27,615 bases of DNA, taken from contig NC_057752.1 of NCBI RefSeq assembly GCF_004010195.1, positions 1,598,704 to 1,626,318 of the forward strand, given 5' to 3'. Both the position numbers and the translations under genes were made by a program. The notes under the pieces are model-generated. The model ran no database searches. It saw only the letters and a program-made list of their open reading frames with translations, and was not told the origin of the DNA. This document shows, in pieces, positions 10,861 to 20,744 of the stretch (its first letter is position 1; the number at the start of each line of letters is the position of its first letter). The stretch comes from Chiloscyllium plagiosum (taxonomy: Eukaryota).

Positions 10861-11372
10861 GGAGAGGCAATACCTAATGGCATTATTGCTCGATTATTAC
10901 TCTCAGAGCACAGCAGGTCAGACTGCACCTGAGGAGCAGGAAAATCGACGTCAGGATGAAGGGCTTTTGCCCGAAACGTCGATGTTCCTGCTCCTCGGAT
11001 GCTGCCTGACCTGCTGTGCTTTTTCAGCACCACTCTAATCTTGACTCTAATCTCCAGCATCTGCAGTCCTCACTTTCACCTATTACTCTCAAGACCCAGG
11101 TCATGTTCTGGGGACCTGGGTTTGTAATGCCACCATGGCAGATGGTGGACTTTGACTTCAATTAAAAAAACACCCCTGAAATTGAGATTCTGCTGATGGC
11201 CATGAAACTGTCGTTGATTGTTGGATAACCCCATCTTGTTCACTAATGTCTGTCAGTGGACTGCCATTCTTACCTGGTCTGGATTACATGTGACTCCAGA
11301 CCCACTGCAGTGGGAAATAAATGATGGCCTTGCCAGGGATGCCCACATGCTGTGGCTGAACGAAAGAAAGAC
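10861..11372 (+). mobile_element. tRNA-derived SINE (non-HE1 shark family) split by a PLE insert
   Basis: Head ggaggcaatacctaatggcattattgct..., B-box-like ctgggtttgtaatgcc, body ccatcttgttcactaatgtc...acatgtgactccagacccac, tail aataaatgatggccttgccagggatgcccacat. Confidence 0.7.
10906..11080. mobile_element. Partly palindromic PLE-derived insert (first family)
   Basis: cagcaggtcag...gaggagcaggaaaatcgacg folds onto gatgaagggcttttgcccgaaacgtcgatgttcctgctcctc...gacctgctg. Exact 11-bp TSD tattactctca at 10895-10905 and 11081-11091. Confidence 0.8.
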
Positions 11373-12353
11373 CACTTTGTTTCTGAAACATCTCGCTGTG
11401 GCTTGATCTTGCCACAGGGCTGCAAGCGAGAGAAAGAGAACGAGATCATGTGATGTCGGATCACTTCCTGCAGGGATGTGGCCTGTCTCATTAGCCTCTC
11501 TCACAGTCAGACGGATGCCCTTATATGACAGCAAGCTGAAATTGAAAACAAGAAACACTGTAAACTCTCTGTGTCTGTGGAGAGAGAAACGGAGGTAGTG
11601 TTTTGAGGTCGATGAACTGCCCGGTTCTGGAATGTTTACGCGGTGCCCCACTCCACAGAGCTTCAGCATATTGCCAGCATTTCCCACGATGCCATTCTAT
11701 CCAGAATGCTTTGCAGGAAAGGTGGAAATGAGAGAACCGTAGCCTTTCCGACACATGCTGTTTGGTACCATGTCAGGTGGACGAGCTTTGTTTAAACTGT
11801 TTGACTTCAGCGTTCTTGTCCTTTTAAAGCAAAGGTTGAGTTTCTTGTGCTGAACGTGAAGGGAATTTGAAGATCCACTCAAGTAAACCATGGCCCGAGC
11901 CCATACCAACACTGGGGCCTGGTGCCGAGAAAGGAACTCGGCAGGAATGTGCTTCAAATAGCTGCAAGAGTATTCGAGGCTCAAGGCTGTCCAAATAAGG
12001 CAGAAAGTTTGAACACAGTTGAGGGATAGTAAGCTGCCTAAAATATCGCCAACACAATAGGGCTGTGTGCTACAGCTCACTGGGAAATGCCAAGAAAGAA
12101 AAAAGCACAACACTTGCCCTTAAACTGTGTTTACACTACAGCTAACAGCAGATAAACACATACTGATCCAATCCAAGCATGGAATTCCAAGTGACTAAAT
12201 CACCTCCCATTGACTCCCTCTCGTCATGCGTGACTTTTGATCAAGGAGTCATGAAGTGTCTAATCCTGATCCAAATTGTCGAGTGCATGGGTTCTCTCCT
12301 CTCCAGCACTGGGCCACACCAACTGGGGCCTGGGTCCCTGTCTACGCTCAGTT

Positions 12354-12803
12354 AGAGTCATAGGGTCATAGAGCTATCCAACCCGTCCATGCTGACCAGA
12401 TATCCCAACCCAATCTAGTCCCACCTGCCAGCACCCGACCCTCCAAACCTTTCCTATTCATATACCCATCCAAATGCCTTTTAAATGTTGCAATTGTACC
12501 AGCCTCCACCACATCCTCTGGCAGCTCATTCCATACACGCGCCATCCTCTGAGTGAAACAGTTGCCCCTTAGGTCTCTTTTATATCTTTCCCCTCTCACC
12601 TTAAACCTATGCCCTCTAATTCTGGACTCTCCCATCCCAGGGAAAAGACTTTGCCTATTTACCCTATCCATGCCCATCATAATTTTATAAACCTCTATAA
12701 GGTCACCCCTCAGCCTCCGATGCTCCAGGGAAAACAGCCCCAGCCTGTTCAGCCTCTCCCTATAACTCAGATCCCCCAACCCTGGCAACATTCTTGTAAA
12801 TCT
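12354..12803 (-). mobile_element. Young HER1/CR1 LINE 3' end
   Basis: ORF 12366-12827(-): RFTRMLPGLGDLSYRERLNRLGLFSLEHRRLRGDLIEVYKIM...WNELPEDVVEAGTIATFKRHLD. Tail agagtcatagggtcatagag. Confidence 0.93.
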
Positions 12804-13139
12804 TCTGGTAAAGAACTCAAAAGACATTTCAAGCTTCTTAGTGAGAATAAGGAATGAAAGAAATCAGTATAAATGAATAAATACTGGAAAACTTAACGGG
12901 ACGAAGTGGCGATAAATCCACTCAGACCTGACAACCTGCAGCACAGCGTTTTCATAGAAGCAGCTGTGGCGATAGTCAATGTTTTGTGTCTCCCAATATT
13001 CTACTGCGTCTCAAACAGTTCCCAGAGATTGGCAGATAACACGCCTTGGGAAAGGAGAAAGAGAGAAAATAGAAAGCTAGGGGTCAGATAGCCTGCCATC
13101 ATCTATTATTAGGAGCATGATACAGGGCCCTTCGAAAAC

Positions 13140-13295
13140 CATGGGATTGAGCAGAATTAGCAAGGATTTATGAAAGGGAAATCATGTTTTGCAAACGTAT
13201 TCGGAGTTTGTTGTGGGGGCAGCTACTAAGGTGGATAAGGGGACGCTAGTGGATGGATTTGTAGTCTCCCAAGGTATTGGACAAGGTATCAGATA
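13140..13295 (+). mobile_element. CR1 RT-domain fragment
   Basis: ggatttatgaaagggaaatcatgt...gtggataaggggacgctagtggat, the degenerate 'GFMKGKSC..N...VDKG..VD' motif. Confidence 0.65.
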
Positions 13296-13456
13296 AGACA
13301 GGCATACATCAGGGACAGGCAGTAAAAGCTGGGCCAGCCAGTGGCATCCACATCCCATGCCAAAATATCCAAGCAACATGGTGGATGGGCTGACAGGGGT
13401 GTAGGGGAAGGGAAGAATCAATCATTGTACCTACTGCCTATCACCATCGAGGGAGA

Positions 13457-13850
13457 TCTCTCTCTCTCTGTCTGTATCTCTCTGTCTCTGTATCTCTCTC
13501 TCTCTGTCTCTCTGTCTCTCTCTCTCATCTCTCTGTCTCTGTCTCTCTCTCATCTCTCTGTCTCTGTCTCTGTCTCTCTCTCGTCTCTCTGTCTCTGTAT
13601 CTCTCAACTCTGTCTCTGTCTCTCTGTCTCTGTATCTGTATCTCTCTTTCCCCCTCTCTCTCTTCTGTCTGTCTGTCTGCCTCTATATCTCTCTCTCTCT
13701 TCTATCTCTCTGTCTCTGTATCTCTCTCTCTGTATCTCGGTCTCTCTGTCTCTGTCTCTCTGCCTCTGTATCCCTGTCTCTGTATCTTTCTCAATCCCTC
13801 TCTCTGTCTCTCAGTCCAGCTGTCTCTGTATATCTCTCTCCCCCCTTTTC

Positions 13851-13885
<35 letters not shown>

Positions 13886-14018
13886 GTAACCCTGTCTCTA
13901 TAGCTCTGTCCCTCTGTCTGTCTGTCTGTCTCTCTCCCTCTTGGTCTCTCTCTGTCTCTCCCCCCACCCGCCCCTTTCTCTCTCTCTCTCTCTCTCTCTT
14001 TCCCCCTCATCCCTCTGT
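13457..14018. repeat. Long imperfect (CT)n/(TCTCTG)n/(TCTG)n microsatellite tract, about 560 bp
   Basis: Directly visible pyrimidine-rich simple repeat. It explains the spurious S/L-rich and R/E-rich ORFs. Confidence 0.97.
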
Positions 14019-14136
14019 TCAGAACGGTTCTTAAGAAGAGTTATACTGGCCTTACAACTTTAACTCTGTTTCTCTCTTCACAGCAGCTGCCAGGCCCCCT
14101 GAGTTTCTCCAGCAATTTCTGTTTGTGTTTGTTTCA
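14019..14136 (+). mobile_element. PLE-derived insert (second family), degenerate
   Basis: cttaagaagagttatactgg...ttaactctgtttctctcttcacag...ctgagtttctccagcaatttctg, similar to 6780-6860. Confidence 0.65.
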
Positions 14137-14804
14137 AAATAGCACAGGCCAGCCTGGAGAAAGGCTACTGTCTCCGAGATACTGAGCGACTTCAGAGGAG
14201 AGGGGCGCAAAACTGAACGGCAAAGATAAACGAGTCAGTGAGCTGCATGAAATGTGAACCTGACCGGTTCACTGTGCTGTTTGCTCAAAACTCTCAGCAG
14301 ATGATCAGAGACCTGATGCTCATTCCTGGTTTGTTTGATGGATGCAGCGCAAATAGTTTTGTTCCTCTCTCTTTTTCGACCCCCACTCCCCATTTCTGTT
14401 TGCAAATTGTGCTTTAGCCAATTGACTGCACACATGAGCTTGTTGCCCACTCAGGATGCTTTGTAGATGGCAAGTGAGTTTGGGTTTCTCTGTGCACTGC
14501 AGAGTTTTAACTTAGTGGCATGTGTGATGTTTGGTTGTGACAGGAATTCCCCTCCCCCCCCCCACCTTGTAACTCACTGCCTTGGTTTCTGGTTGGATAC
14601 ACAGCACTCTGGGCTAGCTGGCTGTAAACCCTGTCTCCCAGGCTAGGGGGCAGTGTTTGGCTCCTTGAGTTAGTGGTTCTGATAGTGGAGGAGCTTGGGG
14701 GGAGCACTGGGAGGTTCCAACGTGGCCCACATACAGTGCTGCAAAAGCATTTGCCTTCTCGCCAGGCTGTCTTCACCTTGCTGCCACTGCCTGAGACCTG
14801 GAAT

Positions 14805-14970
14805 TCCTAACCAGCTGCCGTTTAACATCGGTTAAATCGGAGGTCTCTGACACAGTTCTATATTTACCCATTTAAGGCTTCCCAGCTGACCAAATCCGAC
14901 CTGGGCACCCGTCTCAATACCCCCTCTTTGTGTTTGTTGGCACATGTCTGGCATGGTGGGCACCTGTCGT
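14805..14970. promoter_or_regulatory. Candidate muscle enhancer (E-box / MEF2-like / CArG cluster)
   Basis: CAGCTG 14812-17, CTATATTTAC 14858-67, CCATTTAAGG 14868-77, CAGCTG 14883-88, CACATG 14941-46, CACCTG 14961-66. Motif evidence only. Confidence 0.4.
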
Positions 14971-15059
14971 TCAAGGAGGAAACTGAAAGAAAGCGTAATC
15001 CTGCCACTCTAATGAAAAGAGATAAAAGGTCAAGTGTGGTACATCGTGGAGTTGAGGAG

Positions 15060-15185
15060 AAAGGCAATTTCTCATCACCCAACCGTGGATAGTTACTTTC
15101 AGCTGCCTGGCTGCTCGGCTCTGGAATTCCCTCCCTAACCCTCTCAGCCTCTGTCTCTCTCCTCCTCTGTGGAGACACTCCTTAG
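15060..15185 (+). mobile_element. L2 LINE 3' region fragment
   Basis: ctttcagctgcctgg...ctctggaattccctccctaaccctctc, the L2 'FS...P.LWNSLP' motif. Confidence 0.6.
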
Positions 15186-15870
15186 AAACAGGCAGGAATA
15201 GGCCCTTCAAGTCTACTCCATCATTCAATAAGATCATGGCTGAGCATCCAATTCACTTCCCTGTCCCTCCCTTCTCCTCCATAACCTTTGATCCCTTTAG
15301 CCCTAAGGACTACATCTAACTCCTTCTTGAAACCATTCAAAGTTTTGGCTTCAACCATTTTCTATGGCAGAGAATTCCACAGGCTCCCCAATCTCTGAAT
15401 GAAGACATTTCTCCTCATCCCAATCCTAAATGGCCTACCCCGTCTCCTTCGACTATGGCCCCCTGGTTCTGGACTCCCCAGTTATCGGGAACATCCTTCC
15501 TGTGTTTACCCAGTCCAGTCCTGTTAGACCTTTATAGGGTTCTCCAGGATCCACCCTCATTCTATTGAACTCCAGTGAATATAGTCCAAACCGATCCCGT
15601 CTCTCTTCATACATTAGCCCTGCCATCCCAGGAATCAGTCTGGGAAAACTTCACTGTACTCCGTCCCTCGCCAGAACATCCTTCCTCAGATAAGGACACC
15701 AAAACCGCACGCAGTACTCCAGGGTATGGTCTCACCAAAGCCCCGTAAAATCGCAGCAAGACCTTCCTGCTCCTGTACTCGAATCCTCTCACTATGAAGG
15801 CCAACATAACACTTACCTTCTTCACCGCCTGCTGGACCTGCAATGTTTACTTTCAGTGACTTCGGGTGAA
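15186..15870 (-). mobile_element. CR1 LINE 3' portion
   Basis: ORF 15607-15843(-) MQVQQAVKKVSVMLAFIVRGFEYRSRKVLLRFYGALVRP. Tail at ~15190-15240. Confidence 0.9.
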
Positions 15871-15914
15871 AGGGTCTTATTGCAGATTCCCCCGTTCTCA
15901 AGACTGGGAATTTG

Positions 15915-16027
15915 GTGCGATGTCTCATCTGAAACAGGAGTGTCAGCCTGGATTGTCCTCGGAGCGGGACTCTAAGCCAGCCAGCTTTTGATTCCGAGGT
16001 GAGAGTGCCACCTCTCTGACTGACACG
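15915..16027 (-). mobile_element. DeuSINE-like 5' remnant
   Basis: atgtctcatctgaaa...gagtgtcagcctggatt...gattccgaggtgagagtgccacc...ctgacac, similar to 3930-4025. Confidence 0.5.
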
Positions 16028-16283
16028 TTCCTGATCTTGATTGTAAAGGCATTTGGTACATTTGCCTTCATTGATGTGTTCTGGACTTGACTCTGTAATG
16101 AATATTGCCAGCAAATGAGGTGAAGCATTGTTTTAGCGTTGGGTTTTGAGCTCTGCCATGTTTTCATAGCTTCTTTCTCTTTCATTGTTTCCTTTCATGA
16201 GTGTGTTGCTCATGAAGATCTGGGTGAGTATGTCGTAGTGACTAATAAACAAACAAAAATCTGTCAAGCTATGTTGGATTTGG

Positions 16284-16490
16284 GATCGAGTCGAGGAGTG
16301 TGGTGCTGGAAAAGCACAGCAGGTCAGGCAGCATCTGAGGAGCAGGAGAATCAATGCTTCTGGCCTAAGCCCTTCATCAGGATTGAGGCCTCATTCCTAC
16401 TGAAGGGTTTATGCCTGAAACGTTGATTTTCCTGCTCCTCGGATGCTGCCTGACCTGCTGTGCTTTTCCAGCACCACTCTAATCTTGATT
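16284..16490. mobile_element. Palindromic PLE-derived insert (first family), just upstream of exon 2
   Basis: gtggtgctggaaaagcacagcaggtcaggcagcatc (16300-) pairs with gatgctgcctgacctgctgtgcttttccagcaccac (-16477). The centre tgaggcctca is also self-complementary. Confidence 0.8.
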
Positions 16491-16558
16491 ATAACGCTCT
16501 GCCCGGCCGGTTGCAATGCAGCAGGTTAACAATGGTTTCCCTTGCTATTTCCTGACAG

Positions 16559-16686
16559 GATTCTGGTGGGAGCACCTCAGGCCCGTGCCCAGTCCCAGCA
16601 GCTCGCCAATCGCACTGGAGGACTCTTTGCCTGTCCAATAATAACCGAAGATGATGAGTGTGATCAAGTCGAAATTGATAATGATG
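16559..16686 (+). CDS. ITGA7: Integrin alpha-7, internal coding exon (equivalent to exon 2), beta-propeller FG-GAP repeat 1
   Basis: Pyrimidine-rich acceptor ...tttcctgacag| (AG 16557-58) and donor G|gtcaga (GT 16687-88). 128 nt, phase 2 to phase 1. Translation ILVGAPQARAQSQQLANRTGGLFACPIITEDDECDQVEIDND resembles recalled mammalian ITGA7 LLVGAPQALALPGQQANRTGGLFACP. Confidence 0.95.
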
Positions 16687-16742
16687 GTCAGACAAACGTT
16701 TTCTTTGCTCTCCTCCATTCCCTCACTTTGTAACCGGACACT

Positions 16743-17262
16743 GAGTCATAGAGTTGTAGAGATATACAGCACGGAAACAGACCCTTCGGTCCAACCCGTC
16801 CATCCCGACCTGATATCCCAACCCAATCTAGTCCCACCTGCCAGCACCCGGCCCATATCTCTCCAAACCCTTCCTATTCATATACCCATCCAAATGCCTT
16901 TTAAATTGTACCAGCCTCCACACCCTCTGCGTGAGAAAGTTGCCTCTTAGGTCTCTTTTATATCTTTCCCCTCTCACTGTAAACCTATGCCCTCTAGTTC
17001 TGTACTCCCCCACCCCAGGGAAAAGACTTTGCCTATTTATCCTATCCATGCCCCTCATAATTTTGTAAACCTCTATAAGGTCACCCCTCAGCCTCTGACG
17101 CTCCAGGGAAAACTGCCCCAGCCTGTTCAGCCTCTCCCTATAGCTCAAATCCTCCAACCCTGGCAACATCCTTGTAAATCTTTTCTGAACCCTTTCAAGT
17201 TTCACAACATCTTTCCGATAGGAAGGGGACCAGAATTGCACGCAATATTCCAACAGTGGCCT
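16743..17262 (-). mobile_element. Young HER1/CR1 LINE 3' end
   Basis: ORF 16828-17253(-): EYCVQFWSPSYRKDVVKLERVQKRFTRMLPGLEDLSYRERL... with a small internal deletion. Tail gagtcatagagt. Confidence 0.94.
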
Positions 17263-17454
17263 CCCAACTCCTGTTGTGATGTTTAAATTTACATGTGACT
17301 GCAGCCCTCATTCTGATGCTTTCTGCTGGGCCAGTGTGCAAGCTTCCTGCTTGGTCACTGCCCTGGCACTGATTCAGGGCTGCTCTCTGAGAAGTGAAGT
17401 AGGCAGGGATGCCCCACATTGTGCTTGGATTGTGTATACTCCTTCACAATGTGC

Positions 17455-17800
17455 AATGACTTGCATTTACATAGCGCCTTTAACATGGGAAAAAATCCCA
17501 AGGCATTTCACAGGAGCATTAACAAGTACAACTCGACATTGAGCTGCATAAGGCGATATGAGGCCAGGCGATGTCAAGGTTGGTCAAAGAGGCAGGTGCT
17601 AAAGTATTGTCTTAAAGAGTGAAGGTGAGGGGTTTGGGAGGGGAATATCAGAGCTCCGGGCTGAGGAACGCCACTTGGAAAAGCGTCAAGGTTGGCAAGG
17701 GTACAAAGTGGACTCTGCCTGGAGGCTTCGATGTCCATTATTAAAAGAGAGAGTTTTATAGCACCATGACTGACTGCTGTGGCCAGGTCCTGAGGATGTA
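17455..17800 (-). mobile_element. L2-like LINE 3' end
   Basis: acttgcatttacatagcgcctttaac...cccaaggcatttcacagg...ggtcaaagaggcagg...ggtttgggaggggaat, the reverse of the L2 tail and LWNSLP region. Confidence 0.7.
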
Positions 17801-18011
17801 TGGACCTGTGATAGGTGGACAAGAGGGAACAATATGACTCAACTTTGTTCTCATCAATCTCCCTGTTGTGGATGCATCTGTCCATTGATGGTAGAGGTCG
17901 GAGTGGCCGCTGCAGAGTCCTTGCAGATAGGAAGGCCCGTCTTCATGTTGAGGCTTTCATCCATTGTGTTGGGCAGCACAGTCACCGTGCTGATTGGGAC
18001 CGAGAAGCCTG

Positions 18012-18402
18012 CGCAAATATCCTTATCTTCAATAATGGGGGAGCCCAGCACATCAGTGCAAAAGATAAGGCTGAAGCGCTCACAGCAATCTTTCGTCAGA
18101 AGTGCTGACTGGATGATCCATCTCCAACTGCTCCAGAGGTTCCCAGCATTGCAGTCTTCGATTCAGTCGAAGGAACTGGACACTGTAAAGGTGACGGGTC
18201 CTAAAACATTCCGGTAATAGTACTGAAGGCTTGTGCTCCCCCAGCCAAGCTCTTCCAGTACAGTTACAACACCAGCAAAAATAACCAACCCCGGCATCTA
18301 CCCAACAATGTGAACAATTGCCCAGGTATGTCCTGAACTCAAAAGGCAGGACAAATCTAACCCTGGCCAGTTACCTCCCCATCAGCCTATTCTTGACCAT
18401 CA
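18012..18402 (+). mobile_element. LINE ORF2 fragment (tether region / RT N-terminus, CR1/L2 group)
   Basis: Frameshifted pieces: NILIFNNGGAQHISAKDKAEALTAIF, LDTVKVTGP..IP..VLKAC, KLFQYSYN, K.QDKSNP..Y.PISL. Confidence 0.8.
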
Positions 18403-19025
18403 ATTGTAGCTGCACCTTCTCTCCTAGATCCTTTCTTTGTCCAGGGGTTTCCAGGATATCTTTGAAACCCATCCCCTCTCAAAGTCCATCTCCATGGTAA
18501 CATGAATCACATGGGCCTCATATCCTCGCAGAAATATTTAGCTCTTCTTGAGATTCCACTTTTGATTTTTTTATCTTGCAATTAAATGGACATTTTCAAG
18601 CAAAACTGTTCACATCTTGGCATTGTCAACACCTTCCTGGGTCTTTGGAGACTCGCGGTCCCACCACTGTAGACACAGATGCTGCCGCCATTTTCTGCAA
18701 ACATGGATCTCAGTCATTGACAACCACGCTGCCCAGGCCTATCGCCAAGCAGATTTCTGAACACGCGACATGACGACCTTTACTTGACCCAGAATTAAAG
18801 ACACAGTCCCAAAACACAGTCATAATTGTAACATTCTCAAATGTAATTTGGGTTGAGTGATTTATGCTGGCATTGCAAGTGATGTTCACATCACAGAGAA
18901 ACGTGGAAACTACAAGCAGGAGTCGGCCTTTGAACTTGCTCCACCATTCAATCTGATCATGGCTGACCATCCAACTCAGTTCCCGATATCTCCCCCTAAT
19001 CTTTGATCCCTTTAACCCTAAGAAC

Positions 19026-19128
19026 GAGGAGATGGAGGGTTGCGAATGATCAGAGTGGCCATGATCTCATTGAATGGCAGAGCAGAGTCAATGGGCTGAA
19101 TGGCCTAAGTCCTCAACTTCTTGTGGTC
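19026..19128 (+). mobile_element. CR1 3' tail fragment inserted in opposite orientation
   Basis: gccatgatctcattgaatggcagagcag...gggctgaatggcct, the same type of tail as 2190-2250. Confidence 0.65.
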
Positions 19129-19225
19129 TAACTGTGTCTCACTCCTTCATGAAAACATTCATTGTTCTGACCTCAGCCACTTTCTATGGCAGAGAATTCC
19201 ACAGGCTCCCCACACTCTGGGTGAA

Positions 19226-19402
19226 CAAAGTTAAAAATCACCTGACACCAGGTTACAGTCCAACAGGTTTATGTGGACTGTAACTTTCAGGGTGCTGCTC
19301 CTTCAGGGAGCAACCTCCAAATAAACCGATTGGACTGTAACCTGGTGTCGGGTGATTTTTAACTTTGTCCACCCCAGTCCAACACCGGCTCCTCCGCATC
19401 AC
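19226..19402. mobile_element. Palindromic PLE-derived insert (third family)
   Basis: acaaagttaaaaatcacctgacaccaggttacagtccaa (19225-) pairs with ttggactgtaacctggtgtcgggtgatttttaactttgt (-19368). TSD ctctgggtgaa 19215-25 / ctctggatgaa 19403-13. Confidence 0.75.
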
Positions 19403-19560
19403 CTCTGGATGAAGACATTTCTCCTCATCTCAGTCCTAACTGGCCTTAGACTGTGACCCCCTGGTCATCAGGAATATCCTTCCTGTGTTTACCCTGTCTC
19501 GTCCTGTTAGAATTTTATAGGGTTCTATGGAACCCCCACCCTCATTCTTTTGAGAATTAC

Positions 19561-19875
19561 TACAATGTGGAAACAGGCCCTTCGGCCCAACAAGTCCACA
19601 CCAAACCTCCAAAGAGTATCCCACCCAAAACCATTCCCCTACCCTATATTTCCCCTGACTGATGCACCTAACCTACACATCCCTGAACACTCTAGGCAAT
19701 TTAGCATGGCCAATTCACCTAACCTGCACGTCTTTGGATTGTGGGAGGAAACCCACACACAGACACGGGGAAAATGTGTAAACTCCACACAGTCAGTCGC
19801 CCAAGGCTGGAATCGAACCCAGGTCCCTGGCGCTATGAGGCAGCAGTGCTAACCACTGAGCCACCATGCCACCCT
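19561..19875 (-). mobile_element. HE1-type V-SINE
   Basis: Reverse complement of the 8766-9085 element (gcagtgctaaccactgagccacc head; gaaacaggcccttcggcccaac tail). Confidence 0.92.
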
Positions 19876-19969
19876 TTCTACTGAGCTCCAGTAAATATAG
19901 TCCTAACTGATCCAGTCTCTCTTTATACATCAGTCCTGCCATTCCCAGGGATCAGTCTGGGAAACTTTA

Positions 19970-20065
19970 ACTGATGTTGGGTGGATGAATAAATATTTGC
20001 CAGTAAACCAGAGAAACTGCTTGGCGAGTGCAGGGTGATATTTTACGTCCACCTGAGAGGAGCGT
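19970..20065 (-). repeat. DeuSINE core remnant
   Basis: tgatgttgg...ataaatatttgccag...ttttacgtccacctgagagg. Confidence 0.45.
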
Positions 20066-20189
20066 GGATCAGACCGCTGCAGCATAATTAAACAGGGAAA
20101 TGCTTTCCTGCTGCAAACTCACCAGCTGCAGGCCTCCCAAATCACAATTCCATTTCAAATTCACAATTCCCATGTCTTTCAATGTTCCT

Positions 20190-20332
20190 CCAACTAAAGT
20201 GCATCACCTCACACTTCACTGCAATGAACCTCATCTGTCACCTCTCCGCCCACCCCACCAACTTGTCAATGTCCTGTTGTGGAGCTCCACACTGTCCCCC
20301 TCACAGTTTGTAAAATCTGTCATCTGCAAATG
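20190..20332 (-). mobile_element. CR1 RT fragment
   Basis: Reverse reads FADD (tttgcagatgac) ... QDIDKL ... KCEVMH (aagtgtgaggtgatgcac). Confidence 0.65.
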
Positions 20333-20744
20333 TTTGCTCATGTTCCTGTGCAGCACCTTGCAGTGTATCACTTTATTAAGGGTGCTAATGACATGCGAGT
20401 TGTGGTTTGATGGTGATCGCGATTTTGTTTCAGGAAACTTCTCTTTTATGTACACGCTATGCTGCGACATCATTTTGAGTGGTTTTATTGTGAGTGATCA
20501 GGGAACTGCTGTGTCGATGATAACACTTTTTTTAATGATTGAATAAAATTCTGTCCAACTGACTTGGAAGGTTTTGTGAAATGAGTTTGGTCAATGAAAT
20601 AGCCAGTTGGAAAGAGGAAATAGACAGAATTCACAACTTAAGGCAGCTCTTGGGGTTAGTGGGGGGGGGAGGGGAATGTTAGATTGAGGTCACTCTCCAA
20701 TGAAGCAAACAGTTAGTTTGGGGGTGAGAAGGCCTTCCTACAGC

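Larger units (their letters stand above)
18895..19966 (-). mobile_element. CR1 LINE 3' portion hosting three nested insertions
   Basis: Colinear with 15186-15650 (ccaccattcaat..gatcatggctga; ttctatggcagagaattccacaggctc; gaagacatttctcctcatc; aatatagtcc; atcagtctgggaaac). Confidence 0.85.

Noticed and set aside
13341..14010. 182-aa and 102-aa ORFs
   Set aside because: Translations of the CT microsatellite (SL/RE repeats), not genes.
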